64,000 nt of DNA from Alphaproteobacteria bacterium (GTDB lineage Bacteria; Pseudomonadota; Alphaproteobacteria; SMXS01): the NCBI GenBank assembly GCA_046290575.1, contig JBKAGX010000012.1:396-64395 (forward strand). The letters are read 5' to 3'. Of this stretch, positions 40,660 to 51,657 are shown piece by piece. A program made the translations under genes and the position numbers. The notes under the pieces are model-generated. The model worked only from the letters and a program-made list of their open reading frames with translations. It searched no databases and was not told the DNA's origin. Positions within the stretch are counted from its first letter, which is position 1, and every line of letters begins with the position of its first letter.

Positions 40660-41039
40660 TATGCGGCCTCCTCAACTTCGCGCACCACGATCGTCAGACG
40701 ACTGAACGGCTTCGTGATCTTGCCCGCACGACCGCGGGCCCGTGGGCGGAAACGTTTCATGGTGATCGACTTGCCAACCGTAGCCTCAGCGACGACCAGC
40801 TGATCGACGTCGAGCTGGTGATTGTTTTCGGCATTGGCGACCGCGCTCTCCAGCACCTTCTTCACGTCCTGGGCAATCCGCCGGCGCGAAAAGGCGAGCG
40901 TGGTCAACGCCTGTTCGACCTTCTGACCGCGAATCGTCTGCGCCACAAGGTTGAGCTTCTGAGGGCTAATCCGTAGCACCCGTGCTACGGCCTTTGCCTC
41001 ATTCTCGCCCAGGCTGCGCTCTCTTGCCTGCTTGCCCAT
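40659..41039 (-). CDS. rplV: 50S ribosomal protein L22
   Basis: 126 aa: [22 protein letters not shown]. Confidence 0.98.
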   Translation of the reverse strand: MGKQARERSLGENEAKAVARVLRISPQKLNLVAQTIRGQKVEQALTTLAFSRRRIAQDVKKVLESAVANAENNHQLDVDQLVVAEATVGKSITMKRFRPRARGRAGKITKPFSRLTIVVREVEEAA

Positions 41040-41041
41040 GA

Positions 41042-41320
41042 TTAGCCTCTCTTCGCCTTCTTGTCGGCGCCGTGGCCGTAATAGTTCCGCGACGGCGCGA
41101 ACTCGCCCAGCTTGTGGCCGACCATCTCTTCGGACACGTGCACCGGCACGAACTTCTGACCGTTATGCACGGCAAAGTTCAGGCCGACGAACTGGGGCAC
41201 CACCGTCGAGCGGCGCGACCAGGTCTTGATCGTTTCATTGCGGCCGGAATCACGGACAGCGCCTGCTTTTTTCAGCAGATAGCCATCCACAAAGGGGCCT
41301 TTCCAAACAGAGCGTGGCAC
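41042..41320 (-). CDS. rpsS: 30S ribosomal protein S19
   Basis: 92 aa: [18 protein letters not shown]...[19 protein letters not shown]. Confidence 0.99.
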   Translation of the reverse strand: MPRSVWKGPFVDGYLLKKAGAVRDSGRNETIKTWSRRSTVVPQFVGLNFAVHNGQKFVPVHVSEEMVGHKLGEFAPSRNYYGHGADKKAKRG

Positions 41321-41332
41321 GGGTGCTCTCCT

Positions 41333-42169
41333 TTACCGTTTCTTCCGCACGTGGCGGGATCGAACGATGAATTTGTCAGTGGCCTTGTTAGACCGGGTAC
41401 GCTTGCCCTTGGTGGGTTTACCCCAGGGCGAAACGGGGTGGCGGCCACCGGATGTCCGGCCCTCGCCACCACCATGAGGGTGATCGACCGGGTTCATGGC
41501 AACGCCACGCACCGACGGGCGCTTGCCGAGCCAGCGCTTACGCCCGGCCTTACCGAGATTGATATTCTGGTTGTCCGGGTTGGATACCGCGCCAACCGTT
41601 GCCATGCAGCTGGAGTGAACAATACGCTGCTCACCCGACGTCAACCGCAGGATCGAATAGTCGCCGTCGCGCCCGACATACTGGACATAAGTGCCCGCCG
41701 CACGAGCCATCTGGCCACCCTTGCCTGGCTTCAGTTCGACATTATGCACGATGGTCCCGACCGGCATGCTGCCCAGCGGCATCGCATTGCCCGGCTTGAT
41801 GTCCACCCGCTTGCCCGAGATAACCTTGTCGCCCTCGCGCAAACGCTGCGGCGCCAGAATGTACGACTGCTCGCCATCTTCATAGGTTACCAGCGCGATA
41901 AAGGCTGACCGGTTCGGATCGTATTCCAAGCGCTCGACCGTCGCCGTCACATCAAACTTCGTCCGCTTGAAATCAACGATGCGGTAGCTGCGCTTATGCC
42001 CGCCACCACGGCGGCGCGCGGTGATCCGGCCGGCGTTGTTACGCCCGCCCTTCTTGGTCAGGCCTTCGGTCAGCTTCTTGACCGGCTTGCCCTTGTAAAG
42101 ACCCGAACGGTCAACCTGCACCAGCGTGCGCTGGCTGGGCGTCGTCGGGTTATATGTCTTCAACGCCAT
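41333..42169 (-). CDS. rplB: 50S ribosomal protein L2
   Basis: 278 aa: [14 protein letters not shown]...[13 protein letters not shown]. Confidence 0.99.
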   Translation of the reverse strand: MALKTYNPTTPSQRTLVQVDRSGLYKGKPVKKLTEGLTKKGGRNNAGRITARRRGGGHKRSYRIVDFKRTKFDVTATVERLEYDPNRSAFIALVTYEDGEQSYILAPQRLREGDKVISGKRVDIKPGNAMPLGSMPVGTIVHNVELKPGKGGQMARAAGTYVQYVGRDGDYSILRLTSGEQRIVHSSCMATVGAVSNPDNQNINLGKAGRKRWLGKRPSVRGVAMNPVDHPHGGGEGRTSGGRHPVSPWGKPTKGKRTRSNKATDKFIVRSRHVRKKR

Positions 42170-42172
42170 CGG

Positions 42173-42478
42173 TTAGACCCCTGTCGTGATATCGATGGTC
42201 TCGCCCTCGACGAGGGTGACGATCGCTTTCTTGTAATCCGGACGGCGACCCGGGCGACCCCGGAAACGCTTGATCTTGCCGTTCTGGCGCAGCGTGTTCA
42301 CGGCCTTGACCTTGACGCCGAAAACACCTTCGACAGCGTCCTTGATCTGCGGTTTGGTCGCATCGATCGCGACCTGGAAGGTCACCTGATTGTGCTCCGA
42401 TCCCAGCGTCGACTTTTCGGTGACGATCGGGCGCACCAACAGATCGAAATGCTTTGCCTTTGCTGTGACCTTGCTCAT
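42173..42478 (-). CDS. rplW: 50S ribosomal protein L23
   Basis: 101 aa: D.L..PI.TEKST......N...F.V...A.K..IK.AVE..F.VKV..VNT. Confidence 0.97.
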   Translation of the reverse strand: MSKVTAKAKHFDLLVRPIVTEKSTLGSEHNQVTFQVAIDATKPQIKDAVEGVFGVKVKAVNTLRQNGKIKRFRGRPGRRPDYKKAIVTLVEGETIDITTGV

Positions 42479-43095
42479 TTCAGGCGCTCCTGAAGCTGAT
42501 CGACAGCCGCCTTTGTCAGCACCAGCGTGTCGCGGCGCAGGATGTCATAGACATTGGCACCCTGGCTGGGCAGCACGTCGATATTGGGAATGTTGGCCGC
42601 GGCACGGGCGAAATTCTCGTTTACCGCGTCACCGTCAATGATCAACGCATTGGCCAGACCCAGCTTGCCAAACTTGCCGACCAGGTCCTTGGTCTTGGGC
42701 GCATCAAGATCCGCTGCGTCCAGCACAACCAGCTTGCCAGCAGCCTGCTTGGACGACAGCGCTGTCTTCAGCGCCAGCGTCCGGACTTTCTTCGGCAGGC
42801 TGTGCGCATGACTGCGGACAACAGGACCGAAAGACTTGCCGCCACCCCGGAACACACCGGGCTTTTTGTTACCGTGGCGCGCATTACCGGTCCCTTTTTG
42901 GCGGTACCATTTGGCGCCGGTACCGACAATTTCACTGCGCTGCTTGGTCTTGTGCGTCCCGGCCTGGCGCTTCGCCAGCTGCCACCGCACCGCGCGCTGC
43001 AGGATATCTTCCCGCGACGGCAGGCCGAACACACCCTCGTCGAGGTCGACTGATCCGGCGGTTCCGGCGTCGAGCGTGACTACATCGGCTTTCAT
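42475..43095 (-). CDS. rplD: 50S ribosomal protein L4
   Basis: Start trimmed to ATG 43095 ([18 protein letters not shown]...), 206 aa, with [10 protein letters not shown]. The track ORF's N-terminal extension lies inside the rplC tail. Confidence 0.96.
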   Translation of the reverse strand: MKADVVTLDAGTAGSVDLDEGVFGLPSREDILQRAVRWQLAKRQAGTHKTKQRSEIVGTGAKWYRQKGTGNARHGNKKPGVFRGGGKSFGPVVRSHAHSLPKKVRTLALKTALSSKQAAGKLVVLDAADLDAPKTKDLVGKFGKLGLANALIIDGDAVNENFARAAANIPNIDVLPSQGANVYDILRRDTLVLTKAAVDQLQERLK

Positions 43096-43099
43096 CGCT

Positions 43100-43945
43100 C
43101 TAGTCCTTCTTCTCTGCGTCGCCGTCATCCGGCGCTGCATTATCGTCAGACACGTCTGCCGCTGGCGCTTCCTCTGAAGACGCTTGTTGTTCAGGCGCTT
43201 CCTCTGCTGGAGCTTCGTCAGCTGCCGCTTCTTCCGGTGCGGCTTCAACTTCTTCCGGCTCCGGTGCGGCGGTTTCCCGCAACGCCGCTGGATACGGTGC
43301 ATCTTCGGGACGCGCCCGCTTGACCGCATCGCTGATCAGAATCCAGCCCGTCTTGGGGCCGGGAACAGCGCCACGAACCAGCAACAAGCCGCGCTCGACA
43401 TCCGACTGGACGACTTCCAGATTCTGAATGGTTACCCGCTCAGACCCCATGTGGCCGGCCATCTTTTTGCCCTTGAACACCTTGCCCGGGTCCTGACACT
43501 GACCGGTCGACCCATGCGACCGGTGCGAAATCGAGACACCGTGGGTCGCCCGCAGACCGCCAAAGTTATGGCGCTTCATCGCGCCCGCAAAGCCCTTACC
43601 CTTACTGGTGCCGGTGACGTCAACCTTTTGACCAGGCACAAAGTGCTCGGTGGTGAGCTCTGCACCGACGTCAATCAGCGCATCCTCAGACACCCGAAAC
43701 TCAGCCAGACGGCGCTTTGGCTCAACATTCGCCTTGGCGAAGTGGCCGCGCATCGGGCGTGACACGCGGTTGGGCTTCACAGCGCCAACGCCAAGCTGGA
43801 CAGCCGTATAGCCATGTTTTTCTTCGGTCTTTTGAGCAACCACCTGGCAGTTGTCGACTTTGAGAACGGTCACCGGAACATGGTTTCCGTCGTCGGCAAA
43901 TACCCGGGTCATTCCGACCTTTTGTGCAATCAATCCAGAGCGCAT
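43100..43945 (-). CDS. rplC: 50S ribosomal protein L3 with a long acidic C-terminal tail
   Basis: Start at ATG 43945 ([16 protein letters not shown]), 281 aa. A normal L3 core is followed by a ~60-aa Ala/Glu/Pro/Asp-rich tail. Confidence 0.96.
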   Translation of the reverse strand: MRSGLIAQKVGMTRVFADDGNHVPVTVLKVDNCQVVAQKTEEKHGYTAVQLGVGAVKPNRVSRPMRGHFAKANVEPKRRLAEFRVSEDALIDVGAELTTEHFVPGQKVDVTGTSKGKGFAGAMKRHNFGGLRATHGVSISHRSHGSTGQCQDPGKVFKGKKMAGHMGSERVTIQNLEVVQSDVERGLLLVRGAVPGPKTGWILISDAVKRARPEDAPYPAALRETAAPEPEEVEAAPEEAAADEAPAEEAPEQQASSEEAPAADVSDDNAAPDDGDAEKKD

Positions 43946-43955
43946 TGGCCCGTTC

Positions 43956-44270
43956 CTACCCTTGCAACTTGATTTCGACGTCGACACCAGCTGCAAGATC
44001 CAGCTTCATCAAGGCGTCAACGGTCTCCGGCGTCGGATCGATAATGTCCAACAGCCGCTTATGCGTACGGATCTCGAACTGTTCGCGCGACTTCTTGTCG
44101 ATATGCGGCGAACGCAGAACCGTAAATTTTTCAATCTTCGTCGGCAGCGGAATGGGACCGCGCACACGCGCACCCGTGCGCTTGGCCGTGCCCACGATCT
44201 CGCCTGTCGACTGATCGAGAATCCGGTGATCAAACGCCTTCAGGCGGATGCGGATATTCTGATTTTCCAT
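43956..44270 (-). CDS. rpsJ: 30S ribosomal protein S10
   Basis: Start at ATG 44270 ([19 protein letters not shown]), 104 aa. Confidence 0.98.
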   Translation of the reverse strand: MENQNIRIRLKAFDHRILDQSTGEIVGTAKRTGARVRGPIPLPTKIEKFTVLRSPHIDKKSREQFEIRTHKRLLDIIDPTPETVDALMKLDLAAGVDVEIKLQG

Positions 44271-44283
44271 ACCACTGTCACCC

Positions 44284-44322
44284 AATAAGAAAACCGGCCC
44301 AGGAGGCCCCAGGCCGGTTTTT
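44284..44322 (-). terminator. stem-loop with U-rich tail between tuf and rpsJ (terminator or attenuator)
   Basis: The minus strand reads AACCGGCC-TGGGGCCTCCTG-GGCCGGTT followed by TTCTTATT. Confidence 0.6.
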
Positions 44323-44331
44323 CAGTTCTTT

Positions 44332-45522
44332 CTACTCGACGATTTTGGATACGACGCCTGACCCGACGGTGCGTCCACCTTCACGGATGGCAAAGCGCAG
44401 GCCCTCATCCATGGCGATCGGCACGATCAGCTCGACATCCATCGAGATGTTGTCGCCCGGCATCACCATCTCCGTCCCGTCCGGCAGGCTCACCATTCCT
44501 GTCACATCCGTCGTCCGGAAATAAAACTGCGGACGATAGTTGGTGAAGAACGGCGTATGACGGCCACCCTCTTCCTTCGTCAGGATATAGGCCTCGGCCT
44601 TGAACTTCGTGTGCGGCGTGATCGAGCCAGGCGCGGCAAGAACCTGCCCACGCTCAACACCCTCACGGTCAACACCACGAAGCAGTGCCCCGATGTTGTC
44701 ACCCGCCTCACCGCGGTCAAGCAGCTTGCGGAACATCTCAACACCCGTGCACGTCGTCTTCGACGTATCCTTGATCCCGATGATCTCAATCTCGTCGCCG
44801 ACATTGATCACACCGCGCTCAATACGGCCCGTCACAACCGTGCCACGGCCCGAAATCGAGAACACATCCTCAATCGGCATCAGGAACGGCTGGTCAACCG
44901 GACGGTCAGGCTGCGGGATCGCCTCATCAACCGCCGCCATCAGCTCAAGGATCTTCTCCTTGCCGATATTGTCGTCACGGCCTTCAAGCGCGGCAAGCGC
45001 CGAACCCGACACGATGGGAATATCGTCGCCCGGGAAGTCATAAGAGCTCAGCAGCTCACGTACTTCCATCTCGACAAGCTCAAGCAGCTCTTCATCATCA
45101 ACCTGGTCGACCTTGTTCAGGAACACCACGATCGCCGGCACGCCAACCTGACGGGCCAGAAGAATGTGCTCGCGCGTCTGCGGCATCGGGCCGTCAGCTG
45201 CGTTCACAACCAGGATCGCCCCATCCATCTGCGCTGCACCCGTGATCATGTTCTTCACATAATCAGCATGCCCAGGGCAGTCGACATGCGCGTAGTGACG
45301 GTTCTCCGTCTCATACTCAACATGCGCTGTCGAAATCGTAATGCCGCGCTCGCGTTCTTCAGGCGCCTTATCAATCTCGTCATAAGCGGTGAACGTGGCT
45401 CCGCCGGCTTCACCCAAAACCTTCGTGATCGCCGCCGTAAGGGTCGTCTTGCCATGATCAACATGGCCAATCGTCCCCACATTCACATGCGGCTTCGTGC
45501 GTTCAAACTTCTCCTTAGACAT
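44332..45522 (-). CDS. tuf: elongation factor Tu
   Basis: 396 aa: [32 protein letters not shown]. Confidence 0.99.
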   Translation of the reverse strand: MSKEKFERTKPHVNVGTIGHVDHGKTTLTAAITKVLGEAGGATFTAYDEIDKAPEERERGITISTAHVEYETENRHYAHVDCPGHADYVKNMITGAAQMDGAILVVNAADGPMPQTREHILLARQVGVPAIVVFLNKVDQVDDEELLELVEMEVRELLSSYDFPGDDIPIVSGSALAALEGRDDNIGKEKILELMAAVDEAIPQPDRPVDQPFLMPIEDVFSISGRGTVVTGRIERGVINVGDEIEIIGIKDTSKTTCTGVEMFRKLLDRGEAGDNIGALLRGVDREGVERGQVLAAPGSITPHTKFKAEAYILTKEEGGRHTPFFTNYRPQFYFRTTDVTGMVSLPDGTEMVMPGDNISMDVELIVPIAMDEGLRFAIREGGRTVGSGVVSKIVE

Positions 45523-45550
45523 CGGCTTCTTCCTTCTGCTTTATCTGCCG

Positions 45551-47626
45551 TTACGCCAGTTTCGAAATGACTTCGTCACTGACGTTCTTAGGAACGGGTT
45601 CGTAATGTGAGAATTGCATCGTGAACTGCGCGCGACCCTGCGTCATGGAGCGCAGCGTGTTCACGTAACCAAACATGTTGGCAAGCGGCACCTTGGCATC
45701 GATAACCTGCGCGTTTCCGCGCACATGGGTGCCCTCAACCAGACCACGGCGACTCTGAAGGTCACCCATGACGTCACCGGTATAGTCCTCCGGCGTCACC
45801 ACTTCGACTTCCATCATCGGCTCGAGCAGCTGAATGCCGCCTTTCTGGCACGCCTCACGCATGGCCGCACGGCCTGCGATCTCGAACGCCATGACACTGG
45901 AGTCAACATCATGATAGGCGCCGTCAACCAACTCCACCCGGAAGTCGATAATCGGGAAACCGGCCAGCACCCCGCCTTCGGCGATACTCTGGATGCCTTT
46001 TTCAACGCCCGGTATGTACTCCTTCGGAATCGATCCGCCGACGATCTTCGATTCAAAAACAATGCCCTCGCCGCGCTCACCCGGCTCAACATTGATTTTC
46101 ACCCGCGCAAACTGGCCTGATCCACCAGTCTGCTTCTTATGGGTGTAATCGACATCGCAGGCGCGCGTCAGGCTCTCACGATAGGCGACCTGCGGGGCGC
46201 CGACATTCGCTTCAACCTTGAACTCACGCTTCATGCGATCAACCAGGATATCCAGATGCAGCTCGCCCATACCCTTAATGACGGTCTGGCCGCTTTCATG
46301 GTCAACCGACACTCGGAATGACGGATCTTCCTGCGCCAGGCGATGCAGCGCCACGCCCATCTTTTCCTGATCGGCCTTGGTCTTGGGCTCAACAGCAACC
46401 TCGATCACCGGATCGGGGAACTCCATCCGCTCAAGCACGACCTGCTTGACCGGATCGCAAAGCGTATCGCCGGTCGTGGTTTCTTTAAGGCCTGCCAACG
46501 CAATAATGTCGCCGGCGCGTGCCTCGGTAATGTCTTCACGGCTATTGGCATGCATCTGAAGCATGCGGCCGACGCGTTCGCGCTTGCCCTTCACGGAATT
46601 CATCACCTGGGTGCCGGCTTCGACGACGCCAGAGTACACCCGCGCAAAGGTCAGCGATCCGACGAATGGGTCGGTCATCACCTTAAAGGCAAGCGCCGAG
46701 AACGGCTCATCATCCGAGGGATTCCGCATAACAGTCTCGTCGCTGTCCGGCAGCAGGCCCTCATAGGCCGGCAGGTCGATCGGTGACGGCATAAAATCGA
46801 TCACGGCATCAAGCAAGGGCTGCACACCCTTGTTCTTGAACGCTGTACCGTTCAGGACAGGAATAAACGCGCCGTCAATCGTGCCCTTGCGGATGCAGGC
46901 AATCAGCGTCGCTTCGTCCGGCTCGTTGCCTTCAAGATAGGCTTCCATCGCTGTGTCGTCCTGCTCGATGGCAAGCTCTATCATCTCGATACGGGCCATT
47001 TCGGCTGCATCGGCGAGTTCACTGGGGATGTCGACATATTCGAACTCGGCACCCAGGGATTCATCCTTCCAGATGACCGCCTTGTTCTTGATCAGGTCAA
47101 CAACGCCCTTGTAATTGCTTTCAGCGCCAATCGGCAGCTGGATCACCAGCGCCGTCGCACCCAGGCGATCCTTGATCATGTCCAAGCACATTTCAAAGTC
47201 GGCGCCGGTGCGATCCATCTTGTTGATGAAACACATACGCGGCACGCCATACTTGTCAGCCTGGCGCCAGACGGTCTCTGACTGCGGCTCAACACCGGCG
47301 ACCGAATCAAAAACAGCCACCGCCCCATCGAGAACGCGCAATGACCGCTCTACTTCAATCGTGAAATCCACGTGACCCGGCGTATCGATAATGTTGATAC
47401 GATGGTCGCGCCAGAAACAGGTGGTCGCAGCCGAGGTAATGGTAATGCCCCGTTCCTGCTCCTGCTCCATCCAGTCCATCGTGGCGGCGCCATCATGGAC
47501 CTCGCCGATCTTATGGCTCACGCCCGTGTAATACAGAATGCGTTCGGTCGTCGTAGTTTTGCCGGCATCAATGTGGGCCATGATGCCGATGTTGCGATAG
47601 CGATCGAGGGGGGTTGTACGGGACAT
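45551..47626 (-). CDS. fusA: elongation factor G
   Basis: Start at ATG 47626 ([35 protein letters not shown]), 691 aa. Confidence 0.98.
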   Translation of the reverse strand: MSRTTPLDRYRNIGIMAHIDAGKTTTTERILYYTGVSHKIGEVHDGAATMDWMEQEQERGITITSAATTCFWRDHRINIIDTPGHVDFTIEVERSLRVLDGAVAVFDSVAGVEPQSETVWRQADKYGVPRMCFINKMDRTGADFEMCLDMIKDRLGATALVIQLPIGAESNYKGVVDLIKNKAVIWKDESLGAEFEYVDIPSELADAAEMARIEMIELAIEQDDTAMEAYLEGNEPDEATLIACIRKGTIDGAFIPVLNGTAFKNKGVQPLLDAVIDFMPSPIDLPAYEGLLPDSDETVMRNPSDDEPFSALAFKVMTDPFVGSLTFARVYSGVVEAGTQVMNSVKGKRERVGRMLQMHANSREDITEARAGDIIALAGLKETTTGDTLCDPVKQVVLERMEFPDPVIEVAVEPKTKADQEKMGVALHRLAQEDPSFRVSVDHESGQTVIKGMGELHLDILVDRMKREFKVEANVGAPQVAYRESLTRACDVDYTHKKQTGGSGQFARVKINVEPGERGEGIVFESKIVGGSIPKEYIPGVEKGIQSIAEGGVLAGFPIIDFRVELVDGAYHDVDSSVMAFEIAGRAAMREACQKGGIQLLEPMMEVEVVTPEDYTGDVMGDLQSRRGLVEGTHVRGNAQVIDAKVPLANMFGYVNTLRSMTQGRAQFTMQFSHYEPVPKNVSDEVISKLA

Positions 47627-47645
47627 GAGACTCTCTTTGACCGAT

Positions 47646-48128
<483 letters not shown>

Positions 48129-48500
48129 CTATTTCGGCCGCTTGGCGCCGTATTTCGACCGGCGCTGACGACGATCCTTGACACCCTGGGTATCGAGAAC
48201 GCCGCGGAGAATGTGATAACGAACGCCAGGCAAATCCTTCACACGACCGCCGCGCAGCAGCACCACGGAGTGCTCCTGCAGATTATGGCCTTCGCCAGGA
48301 ATATAGCTGGTCACTTCAAACCCGTTCGTCAGGCGTACGCGCGCGACCTTCCGGAGCGCCGAGTTCGGCTTCTTCGGTGTCGTCGTGTAAACGCGGGTAC
48401 AGACCCCACGCTTCTGCGGACAGCCTTCAAGCGCAGGCACCTTGTTACGCTTAATCGGCGCCTTGCGGGGCTTACGGATCAACTGGTTGATCGTCGGCAT
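48129..48500 (-). CDS. rpsL: 30S ribosomal protein S12
   Basis: 123 aa: [13 protein letters not shown]...[13 protein letters not shown]. Confidence 0.99.
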   Translation of the reverse strand: MPTINQLIRKPRKAPIKRNKVPALEGCPQKRGVCTRVYTTTPKKPNSALRKVARVRLTNGFEVTSYIPGEGHNLQEHSVVLLRGGRVKDLPGVRYHILRGVLDTQGVKDRRQRRSKYGAKRPK

Positions 48501-48717
48501 AGCGACCCTTTTCCTTCAACCTAAAACCAAGTGGCCAACTCATCTCGAGCACAAGCGGCCACGTTTCATTCGCACAAACAACAACAGCAGCCTGCTAGAA
48601 ACACGCGGCTGCTGCCAATAACCTCGGGGCGATGTAGGGGCTGAAACCCGTCTTCGGGCTTGCTCAGCGCAGCGTCTAGGACTTGTCCTACGGCCTGCAC
48701 CCTCGAGAGGCGCGGAA

Positions 48718-48745
48718 CATATAGCCGCCCCCTGCCCCCGTCAAC
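48718..48745 (-). promoter_or_regulatory. weak candidate promoter for rpsL (GTTGACG ... TATATG)
   Basis: The minus strand reads GGTTGACGGGGGCAGGGGGCGGCTATATGTT. The spacer is 15-16 nt depending on register, so this is tentative. Confidence 0.3.
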
Positions 48746-48840
48746 CCTTGTGAGTCACATTTTTTCGGCGGGTTTCTGCGGCGTAGCGGCCCCAATCCAA
48801 TTAATCTGAATTCCAGCCACCCGAACGTTCCGTGGAAGCT

Positions 48841-50061
48841 TTACGGGACCGCGGGACCAGCCACAATACCATCATCAAACAGACGGGCGATCTCGCCCTC
48901 ATCCAGCCCGACAACGTCTGCGAGAATCTCTTCCGTATGCTGCCCGAGCACGGGGGCAGGCTGCGGTGGCTGCCGCTCGAAGGCGCTGAACTCCAGCGGT
49001 GTTCCAGGCACCAGATAACTGCCGATTCCCGGTTGGTCTACCATCTCGAACATTGGGTGGTCCGTGGAAATATCCGGATCTTCGGCCACCGCGCTCTTAA
49101 AACTGCGAAACGGTGTCCAGGTTACGCCATGTCCATCGAAGGCCTGGGCGAAGTCCTCAATCCGACGGACGCGGAACCATGACTCCAGCAAAGCGGTGAT
49201 TTCCCTGCGGGCCTTGAATCGATCTCCTTCCTGACTCAAATTCAGGCCAAGCCGTTGGCCCAAAGCATCTATTTCGGCTTCGATGCCGGTGACCGCCAGG
49301 AGCCCGCTCCATTGTCGGCGGGTCAACGCAACAATCATGATTCGCCCGTTGGCGGTTTCGAAATCCTGTCCATAGGCGCCATAGAGTGCATTGCCATATT
49401 TGGGGCGGTCGACATTGTTCACCGTGACTTCGCCGATAATGCCCAGATTGCCCATCATGGCGGTCGCAACATCCTTTAGCGGGATTTCAACCAGCTGCCC
49501 TTCGCCGGTCGCACGGCGATGCCGTTCCGCCGCCAGCACCGCCAGCGCGGCCTTTTGCCCGGTAATGCAATCCCAAGCAGGCAAGACATGCGCAACCGGG
49601 TCCGATGAGCCTTCAGGCCCTGTCGCGTTTGGAAAGCCGACGGCAGGATTCACCGTATAGTCAACGGCGGGGCCACCACCTTTGGTACCCTCAACGCACA
49701 CCATGATCAGATCCTCGCGCCGGGACTTCAGCTCGTCGTAGTCCATCCAGCCCCGGACACGAAGATTGGTCAGAAAAACGCCCGAATCAGGCCCTGGCGC
49801 GCAGATCAGGTTTGTCACGATTTCGCGGCCGCGGGGCGAGGACAGGTCAACGGCAATGGAACGCTTGCCTTTGTTGAGGCCAGCCCAGAACAGGCTTTTA
49901 CCGTCGCGTGTGACAGGCCAACGGTGCTGATCAAGCCCGCCGCGAAGACGGTCGAAGCGGATGACATCAGCGCCCAACTGCGCCAGGGTCATCCCCGCCG
50001 ACGGCGCGGCAACAAACGCGCTGCCCTCGACGATACGAAGCCCCTCCAACAATTTTACCAC
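48841..50061 (-). CDS. family III (CaiB/BaiF) CoA-transferase, possibly mesaconyl-CoA C1-C4 transferase (Mct)-like
   Basis: 406 aa. The N-terminal block RIVEGSAFVAAPSAGMTLAQLGADVIRFD is typical of this family. The subfamily call is from memory only. Confidence 0.8.
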   Translation of the reverse strand: MVKLLEGLRIVEGSAFVAAPSAGMTLAQLGADVIRFDRLRGGLDQHRWPVTRDGKSLFWAGLNKGKRSIAVDLSSPRGREIVTNLICAPGPDSGVFLTNLRVRGWMDYDELKSRREDLIMVCVEGTKGGGPAVDYTVNPAVGFPNATGPEGSSDPVAHVLPAWDCITGQKAALAVLAAERHRRATGEGQLVEIPLKDVATAMMGNLGIIGEVTVNNVDRPKYGNALYGAYGQDFETANGRIMIVALTRRQWSGLLAVTGIEAEIDALGQRLGLNLSQEGDRFKARREITALLESWFRVRRIEDFAQAFDGHGVTWTPFRSFKSAVAEDPDISTDHPMFEMVDQPGIGSYLVPGTPLEFSAFERQPPQPAPVLGQHTEEILADVVGLDEGEIARLFDDGIVAGPAVP

Positions 50062-50076
50062 CCTATTCTCTCCTGC

Positions 50077-50943
50077 TTAATCTTTGCGCCAGCGAACCTC
50101 CCCCTGCATCCCCACATGGCCTGCGCCGCTGGCGGTACAGAGTGATTGACGATTATCGGTTTCCGGGCAGCCATGAACGGCAACCGTGTCAAAATCGAAC
50201 AGAGGCCGGACGGCCCGAAACATAAATTTCTCAGCAATGCGACCGGGATTGTGACGGCGCGCCGCGCCCATGATCAGCATCGCCTGCAACGGGCCATGCA
50301 CGACCAGACCAGGATATTTTTCCCGCTCCGTGGCGTAGTCGCGGTCATAGTGAATGCGATGACCATTGAAGGTCAGCGCTGAAAACCGGAACAGCAGCAC
50401 CGGGTCGACCTCAACCGGATCCGACCAGATTGTGTTTTCGGGCACGGACGTCGGTTTGGGCGGCACGAATTTGTCCGGCATGGCAATAAAAACGATGTCC
50501 TGTTCTTCCTCCACCGCCACGCCGCGCGGCGAGGACACAGTATGGCGCACGGTGACAAAAACCATCGGCCCGGCGCGGCCATGTTTTTCCGCGATATTGA
50601 GAATTTCCGACGTTCTCATGATCTCGTCACCGAGCCGCAAGTCTCCGGAGAATACGATCCGGCTGCCGGCCCACATCCGCCGTTCGAGCGAAATTGGCGG
50701 CAGGAAATCGCCCCGTTTTGGATGGCCGTCGGAGCCGACCTGCGACATTGGCGCATTGGGCAAAAAATAGAGCCAATGCCAGAGGGGTGGCAATGTAGCG
50801 CCGTCAGACGACCTGACAGTGTCATCTTCGAGAGTGGCTGCGAGGGCTCGCACAGGCGCGGGGTAGACCCTGTCGGAGAGCCTCTCGCTCCGCCCGACCC
50901 AGTCTTGAAGATCGATATCCCCTGACGCGCCGTGACTATCCAT
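50077..50943 (-). CDS. double hot-dog (FAS1-like / MaoC-like) acyl-CoA dehydratase, possibly mesaconyl-C4-CoA/itaconyl-CoA hydratase-like
   Basis: Start at ATG 50943 (MDSHGASGDIDLQDWVG...), 288 aa, with LPPLWHWLYF and FNGHRIHYD blocks. Adjacent to the CoA-transferase gene (15-nt gap). Confidence 0.6.
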   Translation of the reverse strand: MDSHGASGDIDLQDWVGRSERLSDRVYPAPVRALAATLEDDTVRSSDGATLPPLWHWLYFLPNAPMSQVGSDGHPKRGDFLPPISLERRMWAGSRIVFSGDLRLGDEIMRTSEILNIAEKHGRAGPMVFVTVRHTVSSPRGVAVEEEQDIVFIAMPDKFVPPKPTSVPENTIWSDPVEVDPVLLFRFSALTFNGHRIHYDRDYATEREKYPGLVVHGPLQAMLIMGAARRHNPGRIAEKFMFRAVRPLFDFDTVAVHGCPETDNRQSLCTASGAGHVGMQGEVRWRKD

Positions 50944-51084
50944 ACAATATCCCCGAAACAGCGGGACCGCTGATCTCATTCATCACATATGATTAGAAGT
51001 CTACTCGATAAACCGCAGTCGTCCATTGCGCTTTGCTTTCAACGATTTTCAACTGTAAAAAAGAAGTATATTTGGAGACCAATA

Positions 51085-51600
51085 ATGTCTGCGCGGGTTG
51101 TATTTCTGGGATTACTGCTTGCATCCGTATTTGCGATGCCGGTCCAGGCTGCGAAAGTTGAAGTGGGCGATACACCGCCCGAATACCTGGGCAAAGATCC
51201 CGATGGAGAGAAAATTCATCTTAGTGAATACCGGGGTAAAGTTGTGGTGGTCACTTTTTGGGCCACGTGGTGTCCGCCCTGCATGATCGAACTACCGATG
51301 CTCGAGGCACTGCAACGCCAAGCAGGACAAGAGCGGATGAGGGTGATCGCCATCAATTTCAAACAGGGCCGCAAGGCGTACCATCAAATCATTCGCCAGC
51401 TGGACGAATTTGAAATGATAATCGCCTATGACTGGAAAGGTCGAGTAGCGGGCCGATACGGTGTCAAGGGCCTGCCTCACATGTTCATAATAAACAAGCA
51501 AGGCAAGGTCGCCGATATCCACCTGGGATATAGTGAAAAGGCGATCGACCCGATCATTGACAGTCTGAACGCACTGCTTCTTGAAGACTACACACCCTAA
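51085..51600 (+). CDS. TlpA/ResA-like periplasmic thiol:disulfide oxidoreductase
   Basis: ATG 51085 follows GGAGA. Signal MSARVVFLGLLLASVFAMPVQA and thioredoxin motif FWATWCPPC. Visibly more AT-rich than its neighbours. Confidence 0.85.
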   Translation: MSARVVFLGLLLASVFAMPVQAAKVEVGDTPPEYLGKDPDGEKIHLSEYRGKVVVVTFWATWCPPCMIELPMLEALQRQAGQERMRVIAINFKQGRKAYHQIIRQLDEFEMIIAYDWKGRVAGRYGVKGLPHMFIINKQGKVADIHLGYSEKAIDPIIDSLNALLLEDYTP

Positions 51601-51633
51601 AAAAACGGGCGGCACCCGTCTGGGTACCGCCCG
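51598..51633 (-). terminator. rho-independent terminator after rpoC; its stem is also positioned to stop the convergent tlpA-like gene
   Basis: The minus strand reads CGGGCGGTACCCAGACGGGTGCCGCCCG followed by TTTTTTTA. Confidence 0.8.
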
Positions 51634-51657
51634 CGATCATTCAGGTCTTTATCTGGA

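Noticed and set aside
42475-43329. Extended N-termini in the ORF track for rplD (284 aa), rpmC (152 aa), fusA (724 aa), rplA (247 aa), nusG (200 aa), rplC (298 aa), degP (504 aa), rluC-type (351 aa) and lipB (300 aa)
   Set aside because: The conserved protein N-termini begin at internal ATGs. The extensions overlap upstream genes or intergenic leaders and have atypical composition, so starts were trimmed.
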